Below are positions 1 to 15,251 of a DNA stretch of 64,000 nucleotides, piece by piece. The stretch comes from Pelomyxa schiedti (Eukaryota > Protista > Evosea): contig JAHLWZ010000016.1 in NCBI GenBank assembly GCA_020536535.1, forward strand, positions 226,925-290,924, given 5' to 3'. The notes under the pieces were generated by a model. That model had not been told where the DNA came from. It worked only from the letters and a program-made list of their open reading frames with translations, and ran no database searches. A program made the translations under genes and the position numbers. The first letter of the stretch is position 1. Every line of letters begins with the position of its first letter.

Positions 1-111
1 GTTGTCAGGCGATCAGTTCCTGGAGCAATAGAAGTGATTGATGCTGTCAGTGGCTCTTCCATTTTCACAATGACCAGTGCTTGTCACTTCAATAGTGTAG
101 ATGTTTGGTGA
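1..111 (+). CDS. 3' end of a gene running in from the left edge; resembles the C-terminus of the lineage-expanded family at 59245-60687
   Basis: Frame 1 reads VVRRSVPGAIEVIDAVSGSSIFTMTSACHFNSVDVW-stop, similar to 'VVDARSGFVIFTLS' near the C-terminus of the 59245-60687 ORF. Confidence 0.5.
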   Translation, partial: VVRRSVPGAIEVIDAVSGSSIFTMTSACHFNSVDVW

Positions 112-301
112 TGTGCATAAGAGTTCTCCTTGCAGTGTAACAAAGTACCACAAAACTTATCCATCCAATCACCTTCCCCGATTGAGGAATTATTGTGTAT
201 TTTGTTGCTGCTTGGGATTGTTGGCCCTGAGCGTTAGTGAACGGCCGACGCTCCTTTAGGGGAAAAGCAGAATCCTCTCGTGAAACGAAATTCAAATCGA
301 C

Positions 302-2744
302 ATGGATGGGCAGTACGAAGGCGGCGGGGAAGGCGGGGGCGCGCAAGGGGACGACAACGGGGGGACGAGCAGGATGGACGGCGGGGGGATGAGCGCGGGG
401 GTGGGCGGGGACGCGGGGGGCGGCGGGGCGAGCGGGGGGCCGGGGGGGCTCGGGGCGTCGGGGCCGGGCACGAACGACCCGGTGGGGTCCGTGGCCGCCG
501 ACCTGCTCCACGACGACGTGCACGCCCGCATAGGGGCGATGAGGAGACTGCCCCTCGTGGCCCAGCAGGTGGGCGCGGCTCGCACAAGAGACGAACTAAT
601 ACCCTTCTTACTCACCCCTGGTAAAGTTTTTTTTTTAATTCATTTATTTATCCATTTTATAATTTTTTAATTGATGTTTTATTTTTATTTATGATGTTTG
701 GGTTATGTTGAGGTTTATGACATTTGTACTAGAGTGCTTGGATGATGAAGACGAAGTTCTGGGCACAATGGCTGAAGAGATAGGACGAATGATTGATTTG
801 GTGGGTGGGGCTGAATTTGCACCCATCTTGGTTGGTCCCCTTGGACTGCTGGTAGCCCTTGAGGAATCTACCGTGCGAGAAAAGGCCATTGAGTCACTAG
901 CCTTGATAGCACCACATATTCCTGCCTCACTTTTCATGGATACCTTCATGGGACTTATCACTCGCCTATTGGAAAAAAACTGGTTCACTACACTTGCTTC
1001 AGCTGCTAGTCTTTTACCTATAGCATACCCACGAGTTCCTGACTCTGCCAAGGCTGAAACTAGAGGGTATATTTCTTTATTTCACTGTTTTCGGCTGATT
1101 CTTATTTGTTCACAGTTTATTTTGGCGCTTGTGCAAGGATGCGAGCCCTATTGTAAGAGCAGCCTGCTTGTCTGGAATAGGGGTCCTCTACCTTCCATTC
1201 AGTTCGCAGATTAAATTTACTGCAGGTTCTAGCGAAACATCTGGAACCCAGAACGATTAAAAGTGAGTTGATACCAATGTATAATATTCTTTGTTCTGAT
1301 CAAAATGTATTCTTGTTGAACTCACTTCTTATAAGTGATTGAACACTTAGGACGCCATAAGAATGCGATCTGTGGAATCCATTACTTCCATTTGCTCGCA
1401 TCTGCCACCTACCGACATGTCCATAGTCCTGCCTCTTGTACTTTCCCTTTTCAAAGATAAGTCTTGGCGAGTGAGGCGCCTAGGTGCTCAGCACATCGTT
1501 CATGTATGGATTGCAATAATTTGGTTTCAACTAATAATCTTTGATCTCTGACCATAACCAGTTTCCTTCTTCACAATCAGATATGTGATGCCCTGGGACC
1601 AACGATAACACAGCATGAACTGCTGAACACTTTTTTGACTCTTCTGCGAGATTTAGAGGCCGAAGTACGAGCTGAAGCCGCAATCCACACTGCAGAAGTT
1701 GCAAAAAGGGTGCCAAAAGAACTTGTGCTCACGAAAGTTGTACCTTGCTTACGAGATATTTCCCTAAATGAAGCTGATCCATCTCCTAACGTTCGTGGTA
1801 TGCGTGTGGCCTGGGGTTGAGATCTGCTTACTTCATATCTGCAGCTGCCATTGCTGCGAATATTACAAGTCTTGCCTCAATTCTTGGAAAAGAAGACTCT
1901 GAGAGGATTTTGCTTGAGATGATACAGAGGTCACTGGAGGACGAATTTCCAGAAGTACCTTTTCTTCTCAGTACTTGTATAAAGTCACATTGTACAGGTC
2001 CGCCTAAATTTGTTGACTAAGCTGGATTCCCTGCATGATGTTATCGGTGTAGAAACATTTGCCCAGACACTACTGAACTTATTCCCGTCACTGTGTGAAG
2101 ATCCCCAATGGCGAGTACGCAGGGCCGTGATCCACTTTACTCCGCAGATTGCAGCTCAACTGGTGTGGGAAAATCACATACGACCACTTTCTTTACCATT
2201 TCTCCTAGGGCATCTCTGTATTTGACGAGAAGTTGTGTAGTCTGTGGCTATCTTGGCTCACTGATCCGGTGTTTGCTGTACGGAAAGAAACCACTCTGAC
2301 ACTAGCCAAGCTCACACAGCTCTTTGGCATACAATGGGCACAACAAACCATGATCCCGCGTGTCCTTAGTCTACACTGCCACACCAACTACCTATACCGA
2401 GAAACGACGCTATTTGCTTTGTCCGTAAGCAACTTCCCCCAATCCACCATCCTCCTATCCTATACAATCCAATATAGTCTGACCTTATCACAAAGGAACT
2501 TTCGTCAGTGGTTGACATGAAAGTGATCACGAGCACGTTCATGCCGCTGGTTCTGCGAATGGCACAGGACCCGGTTGCAAACGTGCGGTACAACGTCGCC
2601 AAAACGCTGCAAGTGATGATTCCACATCTGGAATCAGCCACCTTGGTGACCCGTGTGAAGCCCCTTCTCTCGAGGCTGGCCGTGGATCCTGACAAGGACG
2701 TGCAGGCAATGGCGAGCCTCGCTCTATCAAAGTCCTCAGTCTGA
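302..2744 (+). CDS. PPP2R1A: Protein phosphatase 2A scaffold (65 kDa A) subunit, HEAT repeats, multi-exon
   Basis: Spliced product has RTRDELIPFL, DDEDEVL..MAEE, EESTVREKAIESL, DKSWRVR, LLRDLEAEVR, DPQWRVR, HTNYLYRET, DPVANVRYNVAK and DPDKDV. GT-AG introns (e.g. 621-732, 1504-1580, 1798-1844, 1955-1997) restore the frame. Confidence 0.93.
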
Positions 2745-3059
2745 GGAGGAAGGAAGCCGTGTTCTTTGTTGGCTTTTTAAATCAAAGCCAAAAATGGGGG
2801 AAAAAAATGAACAAACAAAACTCTCCAGGTGATTCTTTGGCGCCAAGTTGGCCATTCACAGGAACCAGCGAGTTCAAGCTAACAGAACCTGGGAACCGAA
2901 TCACTTTTTAACCCTTGGTATACCGTAAATAGGGAAGAAAAAGTTGTAGATAGTACAAACAACCCTGCAAAAGTAACTCGAAGGCATTCCCTTTCGGCTA
3001 GCAATCTAGAGTTTCTTCAGGGAAAAGCCGTTCACCTCCCGAAAAAAAAAAACCCCACC

Positions 3060-5963
3060 ATGCACCAGCCACCGATTGTGTTGAGCAACCAGAAGACCAA
3101 AGCTGGGGATCTCAGCATAGATCCAGCCAAGTTAACCAAGTCATCGGCAGTGCACGTGTCGCGGTGCATAGGATGCAAGGTGACGATACCCTCGCCCGCC
3201 CCTGTTGCCGCAGATGAGCCCACTGCCGCCACGCCAACACCAACACCACCAACAACCACCGAGGGTGGTCCCGAACCTACTGTTGTCGCAGTACCCAGTG
3301 TGGCTAAACTTATGTACCCTTCTACTTGTTTTTTTTGTTTTTTTTCCCTCTTTAGGCCTCATTTTTTTTTTTTTTTTTGCCCAAAACACAGTATCGAGCA
3401 ATGTACCATTACCGTTGTTGCAGTTAATGTAAAAATACTGAGTGGAACAGCAGGTTTCCTCATTAATAGCGTTTTGTCATTTTCTCACTGCGGGAAGAGT
3501 GTATATCCTTAAACGGGTGTCGGGCGGAATTCAGTACCTGTGTCCCAACCATCCAAGTGGACAACTGTACTAACACCACGATTGTACTTCCTGATAGTTG
3601 GGGTATCCCAGAAGACAGTGCAAGGCTTCACACGCATGCTTCTTTTTTTCCCCTCTGCTCAATTGACGCCTTTCTCAAGATCAAGAAACAAGGGACTAGT
3701 TATTCGCATTAAAGGAGTAGAGCACACAATTCCTGACGCTGATTATCCCCAGATTACAACGTAACATCAATCCACTGTCCCTTCATAACGCGGTAACAGG
3801 AGATCCGAGGATACACTGACCACAGAGAAGACTGTATGGGATGGTGCCGGCTACCCTACCACTGAGACCCTAAAGGAAAAAGCTGTAACTATTCCCTCTA
3901 ACGCATTTTCTCCCGATTTCTCCTCAAACATCTTTCTCCTCAAGGATAGGAAGCTCCAGGAAAACCTCCAGATTCTTGAAGACAACCTCAGTGGAAAATC
4001 GTATCCCCTTACTTTATTTTTACAAGTTGACCCTTGTAGAAGCAAAACAACAACACTTGGTAAAGGTGCCGGCCCATATGCAGAAGTACAAAAACGTCTG
4101 GTACCATATGCAAGTGAGTCTGGAGATGTACTTATAGTAGAGACACTATCCAATGATGTGATTCTTATTGAGAATAACACTGATGCCAACTTCTACGTTT
4201 TGCAGAACCAAGTTTCTCCTCACTCAAATTAAGCTGCCCTAATCGTTGTTTGGTTATCAGAGGCTTTCGAGTCTTTTATGCATTAATTGCAAAAACTGCA
4301 AAATTTCTGCTCTTGACAGTGCTGTTATCGCCTCAAGAACTTGTCGGCTTATTGATTGTGACAATTGCACATTCATTTTCGAAGATGTTGATGTCAGAAA
4401 AGTGGAGTGCTTCAGAACAACAAATTGCTCTATTATCTTCATTGGAGATGAAGTCGTTCTCGAGAATTCACGGGTCATCTGGCGTGAAGGTTGCCAAAAC
4501 AATACTGTTAATCAGGGAGTGATGACGGTGACAACGTCGGCCGTAAGAACACAGCACAGACTGACCAGAAGCATCCCGGTGCCACCAACAACAATTAATT
4601 GCCAATTGTGCACTACTCTTTATCCTGTGCAGCATATGCACAACTTGAATATTGTGGATAAAACCGGTAATTCCTCTCAAGCTTATTAGGGGACTCACCA
4701 CTTAGTAGCCAGTGGTACGCCAGTTATTACTGAGGCTGGTTTGTCCTTAATAACGGAGCTAACACCTTTTACAATGAACTCCCTTCCCGGAGATGAGCGA
4801 TGGAATTCTTCCATACCGACTGCTGAGGATATCCTACAAGTTTTCTTAAAATCAGTGATACTCCTATAACATCTCTTAGAGCCTTGCCACACTTCGAGAA
4901 GCTCCTTTCACGCTTACTAAGAAAGATCTCCGCGATATATACGATACAGAGCGTATGGAGTATGAGGAACCTCTTGAAGTGGTGGCTGAGAAGGTCCTTT
5001 TCTGAAATCCAGCAAATTCCTTTTACAAGCAATAGGCAAAAGAAATTGCTCTGATGATGAAGGCAGCAAAACATTGCGTATTGTACAGTGGCGCGGGCAT
5101 AAGTACGTCTGGTGGCATTCCCGATTTCAGGGGTCCACAAGTTAGAAGGCCTCTCTATTTGCCAAAACTTAAAATGTCCAGGGAGTATGGACTCTTCGTG
5201 ATAAAGGACTGCATGTGGGTGGAAAAGATATTTGTGGAGCTTCTCCAACGTTGGCTCACTATGCAGTTACGGAGTTAGCAAGAAAACTTTTAATCCGTTT
5301 TGTCATAACCACCAATATGGATGGTATGTGAACACCCCTAACTGAGATGTAACCTTCTTTAGGTCTTCATCTTCGCAGTGGCCTCCCCAACCATCTTCTG
5401 GTTGAGTTGCATGGATGTTGCTACAAAGAGTGGTGTTCTGGGTGTGGAAAGTATTTCATGCGTGCATACGACGTAGCTGAAGGTACCAACACACGTGAGC
5501 ACTGGACTAAGCGAAGGTGCAACTTCTGCAACACTCAGCTTCAGGACACGATTGTGCACTTCTCGTGTGTTCCCCAGTCACCCATTTTTCCCTTTCTGAG
5601 TGTTCACAGAGAGACATACCGCTCCCAGATGGACCCAATGACTGCTATGTATCATTCACGGACAGCTGACTTGGCCATCGTAATGGGAACGAGCATGTGT
5701 GTGCAAGGTGCTGCCAGTTACCCCGACAAAGTGCTCAAGAATCCTGGAGGGAAAATGGTCATTGTAAACCTACAGGTTGGCATCCCTCAGTCACTTCTTC
5801 GACTCACCTAACACCCCAGAACACCCCTTATGACAAACTAGCAGCTGTGCGTGTATTTGCACGCACTGATACCTTCATGAAAGCCTTACTCACAGCACTT
5901 GAAATTACAGAATTTGACCAACAAACAGACTGCATTCAGCAGTGGGATGAAAACATGTCCTAA
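3060..5963 (+). CDS. Fusion: two CAP C-terminal-like (beta-helix) domains + class IV (SIRT6/7-like) NAD-dependent deacylase, multi-exon
   Basis: N-terminal part has CxxCxV/I repeats, VPTIQVDNC and '[16 protein letters not shown]'; second Cys-rich beta-helix 4261-4500. Sirtuin motifs [33 protein letters not shown], CxxC..CxxC, DTIVHF, GTSMCV, IVNLQ.TPYD. Exons join in frame throughout. Confidence 0.82.
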
Positions 5964-6013
5964 TTCCAAGTCTTTGGGTAAAATACAACCAAAATTCTTT
6001 TCTTCCAGTGTTT

Positions 6014-8754
6014 TTACAACAGTATTGGTACAAGGGAACACAAAGCACTTACCAAAAGTACCACCAGTCCTGCAATCACAATAACAGCAACTGTTATTTG
6101 GTTGCTGAATACCGCGTGCGAATATGGTGTTTGATCCTTGCCCGCATAAACACTTTGGAAGTATCTGCAGGAGAGCAGCTGGAGTACACAGGGAATTATG
6201 CACTGAATAAGGAATGCAGGAAGGCCACTGAACATAAATACATAGGTGAGGTCATGTTCTACCTATTTACACACCGTTGTTAGTAATGTTGGTTTTTCTT
6301 CTGGATTGGGTTTTCTTCTACCATGGCACAGATGAGAGGGGGAATCACAACAATTATTCTTGACAACACTTTGGTTTTCGATGGGTAAGCCGCAATAAGC
6401 GAGGATGGCAATGAGTGTATGAGATTATCAGACATAGTCACCGCCACGAGGGGGAAAATGCTGACAAGATCAACAACAGGAAACAATAATATTATGATGT
6501 CTATAAATTGCAGCGTTAGCAATGTGACCAGTTGAAGTGAACGGAGGAAATTTACATGTTAGCCAAGCAAACCAAGTCCGGTCTCCCTCTGACCACCCAG
6601 AAGGACCCAAGCCAGTGAAAAACCTTGATGTTTTTAATCGTCTAGTAACGGTAGAAATTAGTACCTCCAGTTGAGAATGCATAAAGGCTCTATACTCCCG
6701 TTGAAAAACCAGGCACACAGTAGCCCTACACTTACAGTGACAATAGCAACTGTGAAGATGATGAAAATCATAAGGCCTCTCAAGTTCTTCTTACTCCTAA
6801 CGGGTGTTAAGATATCTGTGGTTGTGGGTAAGAAGAATTCATAGCCAGGGTACACACCAGGCATGTTGTACTGAACAACAAATACATATGCCATCCCAGT
6901 AAAGGCAAGATAAAATCCATCCCAATGTGCCGCCCACATATCTTCGGGGCCCCCTTCACCCTCATTGCCCATACTCGTTGATAAAGTGAGAGGCCCAGAA
7001 GTGATTAGAGCATAAATTATTGTCACCAGCATTAATAGGAATCCAATGAACCTGTAAACCTACCAAAAAATAAGAATTACCTTATTCTAGAAAAGAAGCT
7101 CACAGAAAGGAACAACTGGATGACGAGCTGATAGCCATAATCAAGCAGCGTCAATGCAATCACAATTACACCGTAGCTAGGGCAGGATTAGCAGAAACAA
7201 TTAGAGAAAAAGGAAGATACAATACTATTGCTATTAGGTATGTGGCAGAGCACGATGAAGAGGGCTTGAAATAAACGTCACAAGTATTACCACCAATTAA
7301 TTCAAAAATCTTAATGTTCTTTTCTCAGTACCTCACAGACAAAGGAGCATAGGCTTACCAGTTGAGCTGTGCTGGAACCGAAGACTGCAGCACAGGCCCA
7401 CATACAACCAAAGCAGTATGCAATGATTACAATTTGGCATGTTAGTCTTCCAGCAGTCCCTCCAAAAACATGTGACATCTTCCCCAAGTCATATTTTTCA
7501 TAATCAATTGTATTTTTCGGAATGAAAGTGTGGTGGGCTTTTGAGTGCATTACTCCCTGTGTGCGTGCCATAACCTGATGAAGAAAGGGTGTTGGAGGTA
7601 AAAAATAATGGTGAGAAATCACCTCTAACACCCATAGACATGTAAGCACATTAACAATCAGTAAAAATATTCCCATAAAAATAGCCAAAGGAGCCCCTGC
7701 ATGCCTTATTTCCCTTAGTTCATTTGGTTGCTAAATGAGGACACTACCAGAAGGCATGTGGTAAGCCGAAGATTCCCACACCCATCATGCAGTTGAGTAA
7801 CAAAGCATAGGCAACAAGACTATTGTATTTCCCACCTTCCGCATGAGGAGGGAGGGTACTACCAGCATTCAGACCAGCCGCAGATGCATCAGGAAGTAAT
7901 CTTTTGCTGGCATTACTCTTGGAAGGTTCTATATCCTCTGGTGCCTCCCATAAATTCCCGACGGATAACGCCGCACCTGGAAGGTCTTTTGAGACGGGTC
8001 TGCCCTCTGGTGAAACTTGAAACCCGGAAATCCTGGCCATTGAAGAGGCATTTATACTGCCGGGACCAACGGGGGAGACCGATGGCCTGTAAGGAATATT
8101 CATCATAGACTGCATAGACCTATTCGCCGGAGAAGTAGAGGCAACCAATCCACGATGCACGTGCTTGCTGTGGCACCACTGGGCGGACAAGTGTGACGCC
8201 TGTATAGGATACGAACTCGGACTGGGAGAGTTGCTTGCCAGTGTGAGCGTCGGGGGGGCCGGAACCCAAGCAGAGGAGCCATAGGCGGAACCAACGGCCG
8301 GTTGCGCTATTTTCGATCCCTGGGGTAAGGAGTAGATAGGAGGCGGCTGTTGCACGTAAACCGTAGCGGGGCTCTCAATGTCATAATCCTCCCGCCCAGG
8401 GGAGTTGGTCACGGCGCTACCTTCCCCGCCCTGGGGAGCTTCGTTCCCATTATTCTCATTCTCGCTTTCGTCGCCGCCGCCGCCGCCTTGGTCGTTCGTT
8501 TCGCTCTGAGCGCAGCTGCCGCCCAGCATATCGGTATTCTCCACCAACGTCTCAGACACCTCGTGATTGCCGCCACTTGAAGCCTCGCCGCCGTCGCGGT
8601 GGCCGCGGTGGTGGTTGTGGTGGTGGCTACCGTGGCCGTGGTGGTGGTGGTTGTTGTGATGGTGATGGTGCCGTGGAGGGCCTTCTGGAGGGGCCGCATC
8701 GCCGCCGGTATTTGGTTGAGCCGACGGCGTGCTCTCGTCTTTAACTGTCAACAT
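6014..8754 (-). CDS. Amino-acid transporter family (TMEM104-like) membrane protein with long low-complexity N-terminus
   Basis: YNSLVAYALLLNCMMGVGIFGLPHAF, WVLEVMAR, YCFGCMWACAAVF, LNW, FPVVDLVSIFPLVAVTMSDNL; about 10-11 hydrophobic segments across exons. Confidence 0.8.
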
Positions 8755-9036
8755 GGTTGTCCCCACTGAGTAACAGTAAGCCTCACGCTGCCTCCGTGGG
8801 TTACTACCCCAAACGCGTAGTGGTTCCCTTTTGCGTGGCCTTTGCTTTAATTGAAGATCGAACGAAATGAAAAAGCCGATGAAAAAGCTCCTTGACCATT
8901 TCTACATTTTTTCCACTTTCTGGAAATCCCAACAAAATTTTGCCATTTAGGTGCAGGCCTGTTCCACAGAACACAATAGGGTGAGCTCCTACCCCAATCC
9001 CCTAGGCACTTACTTGGCTGCCGATGCTCAATCATT

Positions 9037-11539
9037 CTATGAGGAGGAAGTGCCAGTGAACGGGGGACGCACAGCGGGTGAGGCCGGGGAGTCTGGTAGT
9101 GGTGGTGTTGGTGTGGCTGTGGGTGTGGATGTTGATGTGGGTGTGGGTGTGGGAGTGGGTGTGGGTGTGGCTACTCGCGCCGATTTTCTAAGGTTGTCAC
9201 ATTCCCGTTTGAGGCGCTCCATTTGAGTTGCCCATATCTTCTGCCGCTGGCCCATGTCTTTTACAAGGTCTAGTTTTGGTTTGGGGTGTGTGAAATAAAT
9301 CCGGAAAGATAGGAGGATATATGCCGTACCTTCAATTTTGTTATTGTATTGCTTAGTGATATCCTCCATTTGAGTCAAGAGCCGTTGTTTGAGTGTGTCC
9401 ATTTGCTGTTCTTTATTACGAATATTTTGTGATAGCTCTGCTACAGTCTTTTCATATCCAGCTTTCATTGCAGCGGTTTTTTCTGCACTGTGTCACCATT
9501 AGAAGAAGGACTTGTACAGACCTTGTAAAGAATCTAATTGGGCTCGCATTTCCGCATTGCTGGATCGCAGGTCATCGCAGGCCATATGTTCATCGTGAAA
9601 TTCCCCTGCAACATGTCAGACACTTACTAAGAGGGGCTAGTAAGTGGGATACGTTTTAAATTAAGTATTTCATCTTCCCGTTGCTTTAATAATGCCAGGA
9701 GTTGCTGTTCTTGCTCGTTGTCCTCTTCCTTAGGCGGTTCTTCATCTGAAACAATGTTGGTGACGCAGTTTACGGGTATATACCTGTTTGGGTTTCAGAA
9801 GAATGACTGGAAACGGGAGCTGCCGGCAATAGATTACCAGTCATACTATTTATACTTGACACAAAGGCACTTGTGGATGCAGTAGCGGTATATTGATTAA
9901 ACTCGGTACATTTTTCCTCAAATTGTTTGGAAAGTTGCTCTATTTTCTCGGCTTGAATCTTGTTCTTTCTTTCTGATACAAGGAGTTTGGCTTTAAACCA
10001 CGCTGCACTCTTTTCAGCCGATTCTGCTGTAGAACCCACAGAAGGAACGGACCCATCTCTGTATCTTGAATGGGTGGCCGTTTTCCTGGGAGAACTGCCG
10101 TTATAACTATTTTCATATCCCAGGTCAATGGCCATGGATGATGTGGAAAGGATGTTGGAATCCGCATTGACAGAAATGTCAGCTTCAATGTCTTGTGCCC
10201 CGCTCTTGCTTGCAGCTGTATCAGTTGCTGTAGCGTCGATACAAAAAGATGGAGTCATCCCGTTCCTTGAGAAGACACCCAAACTACTGCCAACACTGAT
10301 ACCCAGCCCAATGTCATCGGCAGTTGTTGAATTTTCAATGGCCCCATCTGAAACAGTTGAGTCAGAAAAGAAGGTCAGCTTTCTTGACAGAGAGGAGCTG
10401 ATACCAACCGCCTGAAGGAGCTAGAGTGATGCTCATGTCATTTGACTGTGCATCCTGTTCATCTTCTAACAGCAATCACATGCAAATTTAATGAGTTAAT
10501 TCCTGGACATACCCCTAGGTTTGTAGGTATCACGGTAATCGAGAAAAGGGATTGCCATTTTTTGTGGTGACCCCTCCTCACCAGTGTCAGTCCCAACCAG
10601 AGGGAGAGATTGGAGAAGGGAAGGACGTGTTGAAGATGCAGTTCTGATTGTTCTGGTTGGTGTAGGTGGGTGAGTTGCACGCAACAGAGACCTCTGAGTA
10701 GTAGTAGTGGCTGTTGTAGTTGTGGCTGTAGTGGTGGTTTGTAAAGCAGCTGTCGACTGGTGGGATACACGAGAATATCTGGGGGATACTGTAGTAGTGG
10801 ATGTAATCGAGGATACAGACCTAGACGAGGAAGGTGGTTGTGACCTGCTGCTACTCACAGGCAAAGGTGAGTAAGTTGTTTTGGGAGTGTAAGTGTAACG
10901 GCGGTATGAGGTAATTGGAGTTGGAGTTAGAGAATATGAGTAACGGCGGTACGTCGCCGTCTGCGAAATCGGCTGCGCATAGTGCGGAACGTGGCCTGTC
11001 GAGGAGGAAGAGGTTCCAGTACGCGAAGACGGGGGGACGGAACCCCTAGCAGTAGCAGTGACCGTTGTGTTTCTGAGGCGAGACGAGGAAGAGTATGAGG
11101 AGCCCTGGGGCGTGCGTGTGGACGGAACGACGGCGTTTGTGGTGGCGGCTCCTCGAGAGTAGAAGTTGTATTTGGACGAGGAAGCCGTGACTGCGCCGTA
11201 TGAGCGAGAGGCCCCGGCAGCACCCGCCGAGTTGGAACTGAAACCATAAGAACGGCTGGTGCTGCCGCCGCCGAAGCTGCGGCTGCTGGTGCCTCTTCCT
11301 GTACCTGTTCCGGTTCTTGGTCCCGGGCCTGTTGTTGCCTTGGATCGGGAAGGAGGCGTCGGGGTGGTTGTTGAGACGATGCGGCGGTTGTAGTAGGCGA
11401 CGGTGGACGAGGTGGGGGTGGTGGGCGCACGGCCGACGAGGGGCGCGTGCATGTTCTGCCGCAGCCACGCGGAGGTGTTGGTGTGGTACGTGGGGACCGT
11501 GCCTGTGCCGGGCGGCGGTGACAACGAGGCCGCACTCAT
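9037..11539 (-). CDS. Hypothetical Ser/Thr-rich protein with C-terminal coiled coil, multi-exon
   Basis: 347-aa first exon ORF; downstream exons with coiled-coil character (KIQAEKIEQLSKQFEEK, KEQQMDTLKQRLL); PT repeats at the C-terminus. Confidence 0.6.
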
Positions 11540-11780
11540 TTTTTTTCACATAACAAGAAGTGGCCTTTTTGTGTTTTTTTTTGTGGAAACAAGACAAAAA
11601 GACAGAACTACAGCTCCGGTGGATGTGTGCAAAGGGAAGTTTGAATCCCGTGATTTAGGTGAAGGCTCGAAGATTCGGTGATTAACGTGGTTCTGTGTTG
11701 TGGTGTTGTTTGGCGTGGTGGCATTTGAGAGAATAGGATGAATCGGCTCTTAAATACAAATAATATTCCAAAATTTGTGT

Positions 11781-14871
<3,091 letters not shown>

Positions 14872-15251
14872 GGTTGAATTCGACTGTTGACGTTTTGAGT
14901 GCCGCTTTTTCTTTGCTTCTGATGGTTACTATCAGCAGATGGGGAGATGTACCTGAGTGTGTGGAGGAAAGATCTTAATAATGATTAAGTGAAAGGGACA
15001 AGTATAAGTGAGAGTACTTGTTGGGGTTTTACTTGACACATTGGCGTCTGCCAAGCAAAAATAGAAATTTAGGTTGAGAAAAAGCGGAAGTTGTCAAACA
15101 AAATTGGCTTCTAATTTAAACTCGGCGAAATTGCCACAAAGAAAAAAAAATCAGGCGGAGTAGTAGTACCGTAGTCGGAAACAAAAACAAAGTAGTCAAG
15201 TCACAACAACACAGACACAGCGTAGTTTTTACCGGTACACACAAAGGAGCA

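Noticed and set aside
89-624. Several overlapping Pro/Arg/Gly-rich ORFs on both strands
   Set aside because: Shadows of the GC-rich first exon of the PP2A gene; stop codons are rare in GC-rich DNA.
4001-4039. GTATCC donor suggesting a U12-type intron (also near 48683, minus strand)
   Set aside because: Lacks the full RTATCCTT consensus and a clear CCTTAAC branch site; expected by chance given degenerate donors.
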